This document shows, in pieces, positions 25,283 through 34,801 of a DNA stretch of 48,711 bases. Origin of the DNA: a virus. Lineage: Duplodnaviria; Caudoviricetes. The stretch's first letter is position 1, and every line of letters starts with the position of its first letter. The stretch is from positions 1 through 48,711 of the IMG/VR virus record IMGVR_UViG_3300047562_001063, one strand, 5' to 3'. A model generated the notes under the pieces. It worked only from the letters and a program-made list of their open reading frames with translations. It was not told the origin of the DNA and did not search any database. Both the position numbers and the translations under genes were made by a program.

Positions 25283-25530
25283 GACATTTTCGTAAGCGCC
25301 CTGTGACTATAGAAGCAATGCAACTAACAGATGCAACGTCTGTACTGGACATTGAAGAGTGGATAAACAGTCCTGCAGTCGGCTATCAAACAAATCCACC
25401 CACATTCTGGATTGACACATTAGAAGGTCGTATGGAAGCTAGACAAGGTGATTGGATCATTAAGGGTGTGAACGGCGAGTTCTACCCATGCAAAGACGAA
25501 ATCTTTATCAAGACATATCAGGAAGTATAA
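25267..25530 (+). CDS. PGDYG-like protein
   Basis: FRKRPV.IEA.Q...I.TLEG.M....GDWIIKGV.GEFYPCK..IF..TY. Confidence 0.85.
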   Translation: MAKGVRHFRKRPVTIEAMQLTDATSVLDIEEWINSPAVGYQTNPPTFWIDTLEGRMEARQGDWIIKGVNGEFYPCKDEIFIKTYQEV

Positions 25531-25531
25531 T

Positions 25532-26221
25532 ATGAGCATTGTGAAGTTAGTTGGAATTACAAATCCGCAAATCCGTATCCCTGTTGAAGATGCTGAACCT
25601 GGCACTTTCATGCTGCTTAGTCCAGAAAGTTTTATTGCTTACTGTGCAAGAGTTAGTAATCCTTCAAATCAAAACAATACTGAAACAGCCGAAAAGCTGC
25701 TCAAGTATCTTGTGAAGAACAAGCACTGGTCACCGTTTGAGATGGTGCATATCGTTATGGAAATCAATACCACGCGCGACATTGCACGGCAGATCCTTCG
25801 CCATCGCTCGTTCTCGTTTCAAGAGTTCAGCCAGCGTTATGCTGAAATTCAACAATTCTCTGAGCAAAGAGAAGCAAGATTGCAGGATACTAAGAATCGA
25901 CAAAATAGTATTGAGACTAATGATCCAGAATTACAAGATAAGTGGAATTTTAAGCAAGAGCATGTTGCTCTTCTTGCCTATGATAGTTATCGTTGGGCAA
26001 TCGAAAATGGTATCGCAAAAGAAGTGGCTCGTTCTGTTCTTCCTGAAGGTCTCACTATGTCACGCATGTATATGTCAGGTTCACTTCGGTCATGGATTCA
26101 CTATTGCGAACTACGCATGGGTAACGGTACCCAGAAAGAACACCGTGAAATCGCTACACAATGTTGGAATATCATCACTGAGCAATTCCCTTCGCTCAAA
26201 AACGTACTAGACAATCAATAA
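25532..26221 (+). CDS. thyX: FAD-dependent thymidylate synthase
   Basis: HWSPFE, RHRSFSFQEFSQRY, EVARSVLP, TQKEHR. Confidence 0.96.
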   Translation: MSIVKLVGITNPQIRIPVEDAEPGTFMLLSPESFIAYCARVSNPSNQNNTETAEKLLKYLVKNKHWSPFEMVHIVMEINTTRDIARQILRHRSFSFQEFSQRYAEIQQFSEQREARLQDTKNRQNSIETNDPELQDKWNFKQEHVALLAYDSYRWAIENGIAKEVARSVLPEGLTMSRMYMSGSLRSWIHYCELRMGNGTQKEHREIATQCWNIITEQFPSLKNVLDNQ

Positions 26222-26241
26222 AAAAATTTAGGAGTATTCGT

Positions 26242-28176
26242 ATGTCAGGCAGTAATATGTTACCGTCACTCTATCAGGAGTTCATTCACAAGTCACGCTA
26301 TGCAAGATGGCTGTGGGATGAGAACCGTAGAGAGAACTGGGATGAAACAGTCGCTAGGTATTTCAACTTCTTTGATGAGCATATCAAGGAAGTTACTGGT
26401 TACACAGTTACACCAGAAGAACGTAAGCAGCTAGAAGAGGCTGTATTAAATCTTGAAATCATGCCATCAATGCGTTGCTTGATGACTGCTGGTGAAGCAC
26501 TCAAGCGCGAGAACGTTGCTGGCTATAACTGTTCGTATGTTGCTATTGATAACCCTCGTTCGTTTGATGAAATTCTTTACATTCTTATGAATGGTACTGG
26601 TGTTGGATTTTCTGTTGAGTCTAAGTATGTGGATCAACTGCCTGTGATCGCAGAAGAACTTTATCCTACTGATACTGTTATTCATGTGGCAGATTCAAAG
26701 CTTGGTTGGGCAAAGGCTCTCAAGGAACTTATTCATCTTCTTTATGCTGGTCAGATCCCTAACTGGGATGTGTCCAAGGTTCGTCCTGCTGGTGCACCGC
26801 TCAAGACATTTGGTGGTCGTGCATCTGGTCCGCAGCCGCTGACTGATCTTTTCAAGTTCACTGTTGCAACATTCAAGAAGGCTGCTGGTCGCAAGCTAAC
26901 TACACTGGAGGCACATGATATCGTTTGTAAGATCGCTGAGATTGTGGTTGTCGGTGGTGTCAGGAGGTCTGCGCTTATTTCTCTATCTGACCTTAGTGAT
27001 GATAGAATGCGCGTTGCTAAGTCTGGTGACTGGTGGAAAGAGAATGTCCAACGCGCTCTCGCTAACAACTCTTTCGTTGCTAAGGAAAAGCCTGATGTTG
27101 GCCTCTTCATGCGTGAGTGGCTTTCCCTCTATGAGTCGCGCTCTGGCGAACGCGGCATTTTCTCTAGAACTGCGTCTAAGAAGCAAGCAGAGAAGTTTGG
27201 ACGCCGTGATCCTGAACACGATTTCGGCACCAATCCATGTTCGGAAATTATTCTACGTTCCAGAGAATTCTGTAATCTCACAGAGGTTGTCGTTAGAGGA
27301 AATGACACCCCAGAAACTCTCAAGCGCAAAGTCAAACTCGCAACTATACTTGGTACATTCCAATCCACACTTACCAACTTCAAATACTTGAGCAAGAAGT
27401 GGCAAGAGAACTGTGCTGAAGAGCGTTTGCTTGGTGTGTCACTGACTGGCATCATGGACAATGAGTATACGAATGGTCATGCGGTAAAGGCTACAGGACT
27501 ATTTAATCTTGCTGATATGTTGGAAGGTCTTCGTGAAGAAGCTGTTAAGACTAACAAGCTATGGGCTGCTAAACTTAATATTCCTGTCTCCGCTGCTATT
27601 ACTTGCGTCAAACCTTCTGGCACTGTATCTGCCCTTGTAGACTCTGCAAGTGGTATTCACGCAAGACACGCTCCTTACTACATTCGCACAGTGAGAGCAG
27701 ATAAGAAGGATCCTCTTGCAAAGATGATGAAAGATATGGGCTTCCCATGTGAAGATGATGTAATGAAGCCAGATCACACTTATGTTTTCTCATTCCCAAT
27801 GAAGTCGCCAGATCATGCAGTATTTCGTAAGGATCTTTCTGCCATTGATCAACTTGAAATCTGGCTCACATATCAGAGGGCGTGGTGTGAACACAAACCA
27901 TCAATCACCGTAAGCGTTCGTGAAGAAGAATGGCCAACTGTCGGTGCTTGGGTATATGAACATTTTGACGAACTCTCTGGTGTTTCATTTTTGCCATTCA
28001 GTGACCATAGCTATCAACAAGCTCCGTATCAAGATTGCTCTAAGGAAGAGTATGAAGCACTTCTTGCGAAGATGCCAAAAGATATCAACTGGATGGATCT
28101 CGCTAAATACGAGAAAACTGACACGACTGAAGGTGTGCAGATGCTCAGTTGTACAGCAGGCGGCTGTGAAATCTAA
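26242..28176 (+). CDS. nrdJ: class II (B12-dependent) ribonucleotide reductase
   Basis: NC, VGGVRRSA, TNPCSEI, CNL, TCVKPSGT, C-terminal CTAGGCEI; no beta subunit adjacent. Confidence 0.92.
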   Translation: MSGSNMLPSLYQEFIHKSRYARWLWDENRRENWDETVARYFNFFDEHIKEVTGYTVTPEERKQLEEAVLNLEIMPSMRCLMTAGEALKRENVAGYNCSYVAIDNPRSFDEILYILMNGTGVGFSVESKYVDQLPVIAEELYPTDTVIHVADSKLGWAKALKELIHLLYAGQIPNWDVSKVRPAGAPLKTFGGRASGPQPLTDLFKFTVATFKKAAGRKLTTLEAHDIVCKIAEIVVVGGVRRSALISLSDLSDDRMRVAKSGDWWKENVQRALANNSFVAKEKPDVGLFMREWLSLYESRSGERGIFSRTASKKQAEKFGRRDPEHDFGTNPCSEIILRSREFCNLTEVVVRGNDTPETLKRKVKLATILGTFQSTLTNFKYLSKKWQENCAEERLLGVSLTGIMDNEYTNGHAVKATGLFNLADMLEGLREEAVKTNKLWAAKLNIPVSAAITCVKPSGTVSALVDSASGIHARHAPYYIRTVRADKKDPLAKMMKDMGFPCEDDVMKPDHTYVFSFPMKSPDHAVFRKDLSAIDQLEIWLTYQRAWCEHKPSITVSVREEEWPTVGAWVYEHFDELSGVSFLPFSDHSYQQAPYQDCSKEEYEALLAKMPKDINWMDLAKYEKTDTTEGVQMLSCTAGGCEI

Positions 28177-28187
28177 AGGAAAAACGA

Positions 28188-28349
28188 ATGACAAAAGAAG
28201 TAGATAAGATAAAATGCAACTACTGTGAGTCATCATACAAAGTGCTTTACGATTATGAAGAAACACAGGGACAGCCACGTTTCTGTTCATTCTGTGGTGA
28301 AGAGTGTTTTGATGAAGACGAAGTAGATTTAGGAGATGATGATGAATAG
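28188..28349 (+). CDS. small zinc-ribbon protein (53 aa)
   Basis: C..C...FC.FCG with acidic tail; AAGGA RBS. Confidence 0.7.
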   Translation: MTKEVDKIKCNYCESSYKVLYDYEETQGQPRFCSFCGEECFDEDEVDLGDDDE

Positions 28350-28374
28350 GTAACATACATACTTCGTAAGGAGT

Positions 28375-28785
28375 ATGTTCATGTGGCTGTACAACGACAA
28401 AGAAATTGGTGATGATGAGATTGAAGGTTATGCTTCATTCGTGTACATGATCACCAATCTTGAAACTGGTAAGAGGTATCTTGGTAAAAAAATCTTCAAG
28501 TCGATTCAACGAAAGAAAGTCAAAGGAAAAACACGAAAGAAAAAAGTCACAAAAGATAGTGACTGGAAATCCTACTACGGATCTAACAAACTACTACAAG
28601 AAGATGTTAAGAGACTGGGACAAGATCGATTCAAACGAGAAATCCTAAAACTCTGTAAGACACGCGGCACAGCTTCTTATTGGGAAGCAAAGTATCAGAT
28701 GCAGCATGAAGTGCTGGAAAATCCTGATCTTTGGTATAATGATTGGATCATGGTAAAAGTCCACCGCTCTCATATCAAGGACTAA
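28375..28785 (+). CDS. GIY-YIG endonuclease (T4 EndoII/DenA-like)
   Basis: FVYMITN...KRYLGKK, SDWKSYYGS, F.REIL, E...Q, YN..I. Confidence 0.88.
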   Translation: MFMWLYNDKEIGDDEIEGYASFVYMITNLETGKRYLGKKIFKSIQRKKVKGKTRKKKVTKDSDWKSYYGSNKLLQEDVKRLGQDRFKREILKLCKTRGTASYWEAKYQMQHEVLENPDLWYNDWIMVKVHRSHIKD

Positions 28786-28868
28786 CTGCGACATTCTGTC
28801 ATGTTGTGCAGCGCAACAAGAAACACTATATACTAGTGTATCACAACATGACTGAAAGGAGTCCTACC

Positions 28869-29051
28869 ATGATTGCATGGGGAAGAGCATTTATCGCGGC
28901 TATGAACGGGTTTGGTAACGCAAAAGAGACTGGATTAACAAGAATGTTCCGTACTGAGTATGGAAAAGAGTACTACTGGATGAAGAAAAACGGGTATGAA
29001 ATCAATGACAGTTTTGTGAAAACGTTCTTGAAAGAGAAAAAGCAGTCTTAA
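28869..29051 (+). CDS. hypothetical protein
   Basis: AAGGAG RBS before ATG 28869. Confidence 0.65.
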   Translation: MIAWGRAFIAAMNGFGNAKETGLTRMFRTEYGKEYYWMKKNGYEINDSFVKTFLKEKKQS

Positions 29052-29113
29052 ACAATACTAGAAGTTGTATTCTATGGTAAATGGTAGAAATTCATTTTTC
29101 TGCCATTTTTTGT

Positions 29114-29142
29114 TTGACAATATTTTCCGTATCAATTATATT
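29114..29142 (+). promoter_or_regulatory. sigma70-type early promoter
   Basis: TTGACA-17nt-TATATT. Confidence 0.75.
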
Positions 29143-29166
29143 CTCTTTGTAACAACGGAGATGCAT

Positions 29167-29355
29167 ATGTTTAACAAGATCGTTCTCTTCATCAATTCTA
29201 AGCTTGCTACTGCAACTCTCTATTCTTTTTTTGAAAACGAACGTCTTGCACACGCACAAGCTGTAATCGCTCTTAAGTTGCAAACTGCACTTCGTAAGCA
29301 CTTCAACATTGAATTCGATTACGAAAATAACGAATTCTACATCGAAAAGCGTTGA
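29167..29355 (+). CDS. hypothetical early protein
   Basis: GGAG RBS, after promoter. Confidence 0.65.
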   Translation: MFNKIVLFINSKLATATLYSFFENERLAHAQAVIALKLQTALRKHFNIEFDYENNEFYIEKR

Positions 29356-29380
29356 CATTCGTTTCTATATCGACTATAGT
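29352..29380 (+). promoter_or_regulatory. sigma70-type early promoter
   Basis: TTGACA-17nt-TATAGT. Confidence 0.75.
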
Positions 29381-29407
29381 CTTCTCATAACAACGAACGA
29401 GGTTCTC

Positions 29408-29677
29408 ATGTCTTACGTGATTTATAACGTCGAAACGACTCGTCTTGCTGGAGGATCTTTCAACTACAAGGTTTATCCGACTGAGCGTGGAGCTAAGATT
29501 GCTCTTGCCCGTCTTGATAACAAGTCTGACTTTGCTATCGCTGAAATCAATCACTTCTACGCAAATATTGAGAAGAAAGAGACGAAGCGCAATATGATGA
29601 GTGGAAAAGAATTCACTCAGGGAGTGAACACTCCTCTGTGCTGTGATCCGTCTTCTGAAACTTACTGGAGCATGTGA
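29408..29677 (+). CDS. conserved phage hypothetical protein
   Basis: GAGG RBS; C-terminal N.MSGKEF....NTP.CCDPSSETYWSM. Confidence 0.8.
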   Translation: MSYVIYNVETTRLAGGSFNYKVYPTERGAKIALARLDNKSDFAIAEINHFYANIEKKETKRNMMSGKEFTQGVNTPLCCDPSSETYWSM

Positions 29678-29679
29678 GA

Positions 29680-29793
29680 ATGAAAAAGAGAAACTTTGTT
29701 GCTAAAGCTTTGTGGTCGCCAAAGTTTCGCAAACAGATTATAAAGTCTAAGAAGGTTTATTCTCGCAAGGAGAAATTCAAACGATGGACGTAA
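29680..29793 (+). CDS. small basic ArfA-like peptide (37 aa)
   Basis: MKKRNFVAKALWSPKFRKQIIKSKKVYSRKEKF; not in ORF track. Confidence 0.55.
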   Translation: MKKRNFVAKALWSPKFRKQIIKSKKVYSRKEKFKRWT

Positions 29794-29966
29794 AGACATA
29801 CATGTACTATGATGAGATTCCAATACCGGTCAAGAACTACGTTCTGACGGTTTCGGGCGCTCAAAGCATCTATGAGCTTGATATATTTGACATCAACGTT
29901 TTTCTCAGAGAGATGTGTGAGTATTGTGACCGCAAAGAAGAATATTCAGAAGGATGGGTGGACTAA
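29784..29966 (+). CDS. hypothetical protein
   Basis: AAGGAG RBS, coupled ORF. Confidence 0.6.
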   Translation: MDVKTYMYYDEIPIPVKNYVLTVSGAQSIYELDIFDINVFLREMCEYCDRKEEYSEGWVD

Positions 29967-30277
29967 TGGCTTGGTTTGAATTTTCTCAGAATAACTCTGG
30001 CGGGCACTTTGATATAGACCGTTCTAACGGTATCGGTCCGCGTGTGTGGATCGAAGCTGCCGATGCTGACGCCGCAAACGAACGGGCTTTGGATATCGGT
30101 CTTTACTTCAACGGTGTTGAAGCTGGTTTCGACTGTGACTGTTGTGGTGATCGTTGGTACGAAGTTTGGGACAGTGATGGTGTAGCCGAACCTGAGATTG
30201 ATGATGACTATGATTTCAACTGGCATAATGCTGTCTATCTGCACCCTCTTGAAGGTCCTTTCAAGGTTGTGATTTAA
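29966..30277 (+). CDS. conserved phage hypothetical protein
   Basis: F.QNNSGG.F, IEA.....A...A...G.YFNG...G.DC.CCGDRW. Confidence 0.8.
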   Translation: MAWFEFSQNNSGGHFDIDRSNGIGPRVWIEAADADAANERALDIGLYFNGVEAGFDCDCCGDRWYEVWDSDGVAEPEIDDDYDFNWHNAVYLHPLEGPFKVVI

Positions 30278-30278
30278 C

Positions 30279-30641
30279 ATGGCACTCATCTACACCAAGA
30301 CTTCTTCTGGACGCAAGAAGCCGTCTAAGAAGACGCTGCGGTTGCGTGAAGAGCGCAAGGCTTATTTCAAGTCTATTCTAAAGGATTCTGTCAAGGAACG
30401 CCCAATCAATATGCCTGAGCCATTGCCGCGCAAAGAGTTGTCTCCTTGCTCTGATGCTGTCGGCAATGGCTTCAAGCGGTCCGTTGATGACTACAAGTGG
30501 AAGAAAGATCGCACCGAGTCTGTTGCTACCATCAAAGAGATTGAAAAGAAGAAGACGCGGTTGGCGCCTATCTATTCTAAGGGCCCTGTTCAATATGTGA
30601 CAGAAGAGACTGATATCCAAACACTAGGAAGGAAAGTGTAA
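30279..30641 (+). CDS. hypothetical basic protein
   Basis: C-terminal AP.YSKGP.QYV......LGRK. Confidence 0.8.
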   Translation: MALIYTKTSSGRKKPSKKTLRLREERKAYFKSILKDSVKERPINMPEPLPRKELSPCSDAVGNGFKRSVDDYKWKKDRTESVATIKEIEKKKTRLAPIYSKGPVQYVTEETDIQTLGRKV

Positions 30642-31036
30642 TGGAAAGTAAATGGTATGAAGACATTGTAGAGAAGACCGACTATGAAACGAAACTGGCC
30701 GTCACTGCTTGGGTGTTCCGCAATATTGTGGATCATGCGATGCAGGGCGGTTCTTATCGTTATCTGATCTACGATAGACTAGGCTTCAATATAGATGCAT
30801 ATGTTCCGCTGTATGATGCTGGTGGCATGGAAATCTCGAATGAGTTTGACATGAGCCAGAAATCTGCGATACTATATATCGTACAGAATAAGAAGATTGA
30901 GGAACTAAAAGAACCACTGAATCTGTGTGATGAGTCGGGTTGCTTTGTTGAAGTCTCTTGTGGATTTCCAACAGACGAAGGCGGCTATCGTCGGACTTGT
31001 TATAATCATTCAAAGTTTGCTAAGGAAAAAGAATGA
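30641..31036 (+). CDS. hypothetical protein
   Basis: GGSYRYLIYDRLGF motif; coupled ORF. Confidence 0.75.
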   Translation: MESKWYEDIVEKTDYETKLAVTAWVFRNIVDHAMQGGSYRYLIYDRLGFNIDAYVPLYDAGGMEISNEFDMSQKSAILYIVQNKKIEELKEPLNLCDESGCFVEVSCGFPTDEGGYRRTCYNHSKFAKEKE

Positions 31037-31175
31037 AAAAATTTACTGTTCGTTATAGCATCGGTGCATATGTGTATGAATCCGTCATACATACATCAAG
31101 CTCTAATGGTGCTTTGCTTTGGGTTGAAGCCATCGGCGGCTACAATCCGACTGTTGTGAAAGAGGAAGAAGTAGA

Positions 31176-31841
31176 GTGAAGTTCGGCATTTTTTCAGACT
31201 TGCATATGGAATTTGGCGGTTGGGATTTCATTCCCGACTCCAATATATTCTATCTAAACGCTGGCGACACTCATCCCGATTTGCAAGTTCGTGATCGCTT
31301 TCATACTGAGACTTTTAATGATAAAGTTTTTTCAGTGAAAGGTAATCATGACTATTATGGCAACTCTTTTAGAGATGCTGATCTTGATTTTCCTGATATT
31401 ATTGAAGTGAACGGATTGAAGATTGCTGGTGCTACTCTTTGGACAAATATTTCACCTGTTCGTTGGTGGGACTTTAAAGAGTATATGATGGATCATAGAT
31501 GCATCAAAGGTATGAACTATGATCGCTATATCAATGCACACAAGGTTCATAAACATTTCTTATTTAATTCCGATGCTGATATCTGGGTCACTCATCACTT
31601 GCCATCTTATCGGTCGGTGCATGAGAATTATCGCACTTCAAACGGTAACGATTTTTTCGCTACAGAGTTTGAATATGAGATTCTTAAAATGAACAAGCCT
31701 CCAAAGCTTATCGTTCATGGACATACGCATCAACGAATGGACTACATGATTGGTGATACTCGCGTAATATGTCATCCTCGTGGCTATCCAAATGAGAATG
31801 ACTGGTATAATAATTACAAACCCCTAATTGTGGAACTATAA
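31176..31841 (+). CDS. calcineurin-like metallophosphoesterase
   Basis: SDLH, AGD, GNHDYY, THH.P, HGHTH. Confidence 0.9.
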   Translation: MKFGIFSDLHMEFGGWDFIPDSNIFYLNAGDTHPDLQVRDRFHTETFNDKVFSVKGNHDYYGNSFRDADLDFPDIIEVNGLKIAGATLWTNISPVRWWDFKEYMMDHRCIKGMNYDRYINAHKVHKHFLFNSDADIWVTHHLPSYRSVHENYRTSNGNDFFATEFEYEILKMNKPPKLIVHGHTHQRMDYMIGDTRVICHPRGYPNENDWYNNYKPLIVEL

Positions 31842-32090
31842 ATGGAAATCGTAATCTATTCTAAACCGAATTGCCCTTGGTGCGTCAAGGCCAAGGAGCT
31901 AATGAACAAGCTGCATCTTTCCTATACGGAAAAAGTACTGAATGTTGATTACACTCGGGATGAGTTGAAGCAACTTGTTCCAGAAAATCTGCCCTTGACA
32001 GTACCGCAGATTTTCGTGTATAATAAGCGCATTGGTAGCTACGAGGACTTTGTGGACTACTGTGATAATCATGGACTTACAGGAGCATAG
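31842..32090 (+). CDS. glutaredoxin
   Basis: IYSK..CPWC..AK, TVPQIF, IG.Y. Confidence 0.92.
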   Translation: MEIVIYSKPNCPWCVKAKELMNKLHLSYTEKVLNVDYTRDELKQLVPENLPLTVPQIFVYNKRIGSYEDFVDYCDNHGLTGA

Positions 32091-32091
32091 A

Positions 32092-32364
32092 ATGATCAAG
32101 TTGAAGCGTACTAGAGAGATTGAGATTGATATCGAAGAAGCACAGAATCTTGTAGCACAGGTGTTGCAGGAAGACTTTGATTTCATCTCAAAGGAAATCA
32201 ATGAGTTGCAGTATTTGACAAGGACTATGACTTCTGTTGAAATACAAGACTGGAACAACAGCATGGAAGTGCGTGATGCAATGAAGACACTCATGCGCTA
32301 CTACATGACACGAAACGACTATAACGAGTTTATGGAACTTCAGAGGGTTTATGGTAATGTTTGA
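32092..32364 (+). CDS. hypothetical protein
   Basis: AGGAG RBS before ATG 32092. Confidence 0.65.
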   Translation: MIKLKRTREIEIDIEEAQNLVAQVLQEDFDFISKEINELQYLTRTMTSVEIQDWNNSMEVRDAMKTLMRYYMTRNDYNEFMELQRVYGNV

Positions 32365-32626
32365 TCGAAATACAATGTATGCTGATCTGACCAAGTATGT
32401 ATGTAATGTTGCGTTTGAAAAGATAGATGGTACAATGCGTCAGATGCGCTGTACTTTGATTCCAACATATATACTAAATGAACAGAAAGAAACTCATGTT
32501 CCTCGAAAGCAGAGTGACGAAGTTCTTGCTGTTTGGGACCTAGATAAGAATGCTTGGCGTTCATTTCGTATTGACAGTGTACTGAACTACAGCATAATGG
32601 AGAATACTGATGCCGCATCCACATAA
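32351..32626 (+). CDS. WYL-like SH3/Sm-fold protein
   Basis: F.K.DG..R.M.CTL...VWDL.K.AWRSFR.D.V. Confidence 0.8.
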   Translation: MVMFDRNTMYADLTKYVCNVAFEKIDGTMRQMRCTLIPTYILNEQKETHVPRKQSDEVLAVWDLDKNAWRSFRIDSVLNYSIMENTDAAST

Positions 32627-32702
32627 GAATAGACCGCGAAAGGGTCGTCGTAAGATTGGTTCTAAGAAGCGTAAGAAGGCGGCCAGAAACAGGAAGCACT
32701 AA
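32610..32702 (+). CDS. very basic 30-aa peptide
   Basis: MPHPHKNRPRKGRRKIGSKKRKKAARNRKH; GGAG RBS; coupled to next ORF. Confidence 0.55.
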   Translation: MPHPHKNRPRKGRRKIGSKKRKKAARNRKH

Positions 32703-32950
32703 TGAGCAAAAGCAGGGCTGAACGTAGACACCATCACGAACGCATGTTGAACAAAGTCAAGAAGTTTAGTTTATATCAGAACTACTTCTGGAATGAAGAA
32801 GAGAAACTTCAACATCAACGAAAGTTGGCAGAAAACAGAAAGCCCTGCTCTTGTGAAATGTGCTGCAATCCCAGACGTTCTGGCTGGTATAAAGGCGAAG
32901 GCAAATTGACAATGCAAGAAAGACGAATGAATGAGTATGAGATTGAATAA
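32702..32950 (+). CDS. hypothetical protein
   Basis: PCSC.MCCNPR...LT.QE.R motif. Confidence 0.75.
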   Translation: MSKSRAERRHHHERMLNKVKKFSLYQNYFWNEEEKLQHQRKLAENRKPCSCEMCCNPRRSGWYKGEGKLTMQERRMNEYEIE

Positions 32951-33282
32951 TGTCCGCGGATAATGGTGTGTATATTCTGGAAACAAAAGGTCCAGAATAT
33001 CGAGTTGCGTATGGTCAAAACATAGACGAAATCTATGGTAACTTTTCAGATGATTCGCTACAGTGGCAAGGTGACCCTCAATCAATGATTGAGTTCTTTG
33101 GTCAAGCTACTGTTTTTACTGATGAATTTGAAGCTATTGACAATGCAGAGCAAATTGCGCTACAATACGCATATCTTGAAGACGGTGTTTGTGTGATCCG
33201 AGACTTCAAGGACTGGGACTTTAACTCGTTAAAGGAAAAATATGTCCAAGAAACCGAAAGCAATTCGCGGGAAGTTCGCTGA
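32950..33282 (+). CDS. hypothetical protein
   Basis: MSADNG.YIL...EYRVA motif. Confidence 0.75.
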   Translation: MSADNGVYILETKGPEYRVAYGQNIDEIYGNFSDDSLQWQGDPQSMIEFFGQATVFTDEFEAIDNAEQIALQYAYLEDGVCVIRDFKDWDFNSLKEKYVQETESNSREVR

Positions 33283-34369
33283 TGAGAAGTATATGGGTCC
33301 TGAACCTGACCTTCGCGGCGATGTATCAAATGCTCAGATCATTTCTGCATACAATTGGTATAACTACTTTTATGACTCCGCTCAGGCCAAAGAGTGGATC
33401 ATTGAATATCTGAAAGAATTTCACAAGACAGAAAAGGATCTAATCAAAAATGCAAACAGAATTGATGATAGTCGCTGCCGTACTAGTGGTTGGAATTGTC
33501 GTATACTGTTACTCGGTGGTGACCTCCCGGATAGCATCAAAGAACGAAACGAAGAGCGAATCCGTGCCCTCGCAATGGCAGCCGACACAGGTAGCACCGA
33601 AGCCGAAGAAGAAGTCAGCGCCAAGAAAGAAGAAGTCAAGCAAGTAATCTCTATTCAAGAGCGTGTAGCCAATCGCGCTAATGATCTGATTGCAAGCATT
33701 GAAGAACAGATTGATGCGTTCTATCGTGACGGCACTCAGTTCAAGGTGTCTGATTGGCTTGCACAACAGAATGTAAAGCCTGCTGTTGCCCAGCGCATTG
33801 CAGACTATTACAAGCCGCTTTATTCTGAACTCTTTGACGCTCTCTCTGGTAAAGTGCCTGAGTTGCGCGAAGCATATTCTAGCTACACTAAACCGAAACT
33901 GAAGGCTTATGTTGAATTTATCAAGTCTATCGTGTCTGCCGCCGAAACACGAGCGGTCGTAGTGAAGACTGAACGTAAGCCTCGCAAGAAGAAGATCAAG
34001 CCGGCATCTGTTCAGGTCGCAAAGCTTAAGTATAAGGAAAAAGATGAAACGTACTCTCTACAGTCGGTTAGAGCCACTGATATACCGGGATGCTCTCAGC
34101 TTTGGGTGTTCAACACCAAGTACAGAACTCTTGCTGTTTACAATGCTATGGGTCCTGCTGGACTTGGTATCAAGGGTTGCACAGTAATTGGCTATGATGA
34201 AAAGACATCTATCGTCAAGAAACTTCGTAAGCCTGAAATTCAGTTGAAGAAACTTCTTGAAGGTGGCAAGGTCGTTCTTCGTAAATTCATGGATGAAATC
34301 AAGTGTAAATCTAAAGAAGCTAGTGGTCGCATAAATAATGAGACAATTCTTCTAAGGATTATTAAATGA
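33242..34369 (+). CDS. conserved T4-like hypothetical protein
   Basis: 375 aa; NWYNY, LWVFNTKYR.L, K.LRKP, GRIN...ILL. Confidence 0.85.
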   Translation: MSKKPKAIRGKFADEKYMGPEPDLRGDVSNAQIISAYNWYNYFYDSAQAKEWIIEYLKEFHKTEKDLIKNANRIDDSRCRTSGWNCRILLLGGDLPDSIKERNEERIRALAMAADTGSTEAEEEVSAKKEEVKQVISIQERVANRANDLIASIEEQIDAFYRDGTQFKVSDWLAQQNVKPAVAQRIADYYKPLYSELFDALSGKVPELREAYSSYTKPKLKAYVEFIKSIVSAAETRAVVVKTERKPRKKKIKPASVQVAKLKYKEKDETYSLQSVRATDIPGCSQLWVFNTKYRTLAVYNAMGPAGLGIKGCTVIGYDEKTSIVKKLRKPEIQLKKLLEGGKVVLRKFMDEIKCKSKEASGRINNETILLRIIK

Positions 34370-34767
34370 CAGACAATGTATTTCAGTTTCCTAAAGACAA
34401 GATCGTTCGTGAAGTTCCTCCAAACATAGATGAAATTGAAAAGCACCGAGAACGTGGCAGACAAAATTATGCTGAAGACATTGTTGGTGATATTGCAGAA
34501 AATCTGATCTTGCTTTTGGACTCATACGGTGTCGATCAAGACGGCAAACACTTTGAAAAGGATTTCATCTTTGCTATCGATTCAATCCGATCTTCAATAT
34601 ACAGAGCAATGAATGTCGATCACAATCTGCATGAATTTATAGACAAGCATGTTTCTGTTATCAAAAAAGATGAGAACTCAAATATCATACTTGATGAGAC
34701 ATCAGAAATCCAAGACATACTTTTAGAAGAGTTGTCTGAAAAGAAAGATGATGACATCGCAGGCTAA
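34366..34767 (+). CDS. hypothetical protein
   Basis: MTDNV.QFP N-terminus, coupled ORF. Confidence 0.75.
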   Translation: MTDNVFQFPKDKIVREVPPNIDEIEKHRERGRQNYAEDIVGDIAENLILLLDSYGVDQDGKHFEKDFIFAIDSIRSSIYRAMNVDHNLHEFIDKHVSVIKKDENSNIILDETSEIQDILLEELSEKKDDDIAG

Positions 34768-34801
34768 TAGCTATATAATGGTATAGTGAAAAGGAAAAGT
34801 T

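Noticed and set aside
24278-28176. Introns or inteins in primase, thyX or nrdJ
   Set aside because: The ORFs are continuous and of normal length, with no intein motifs.
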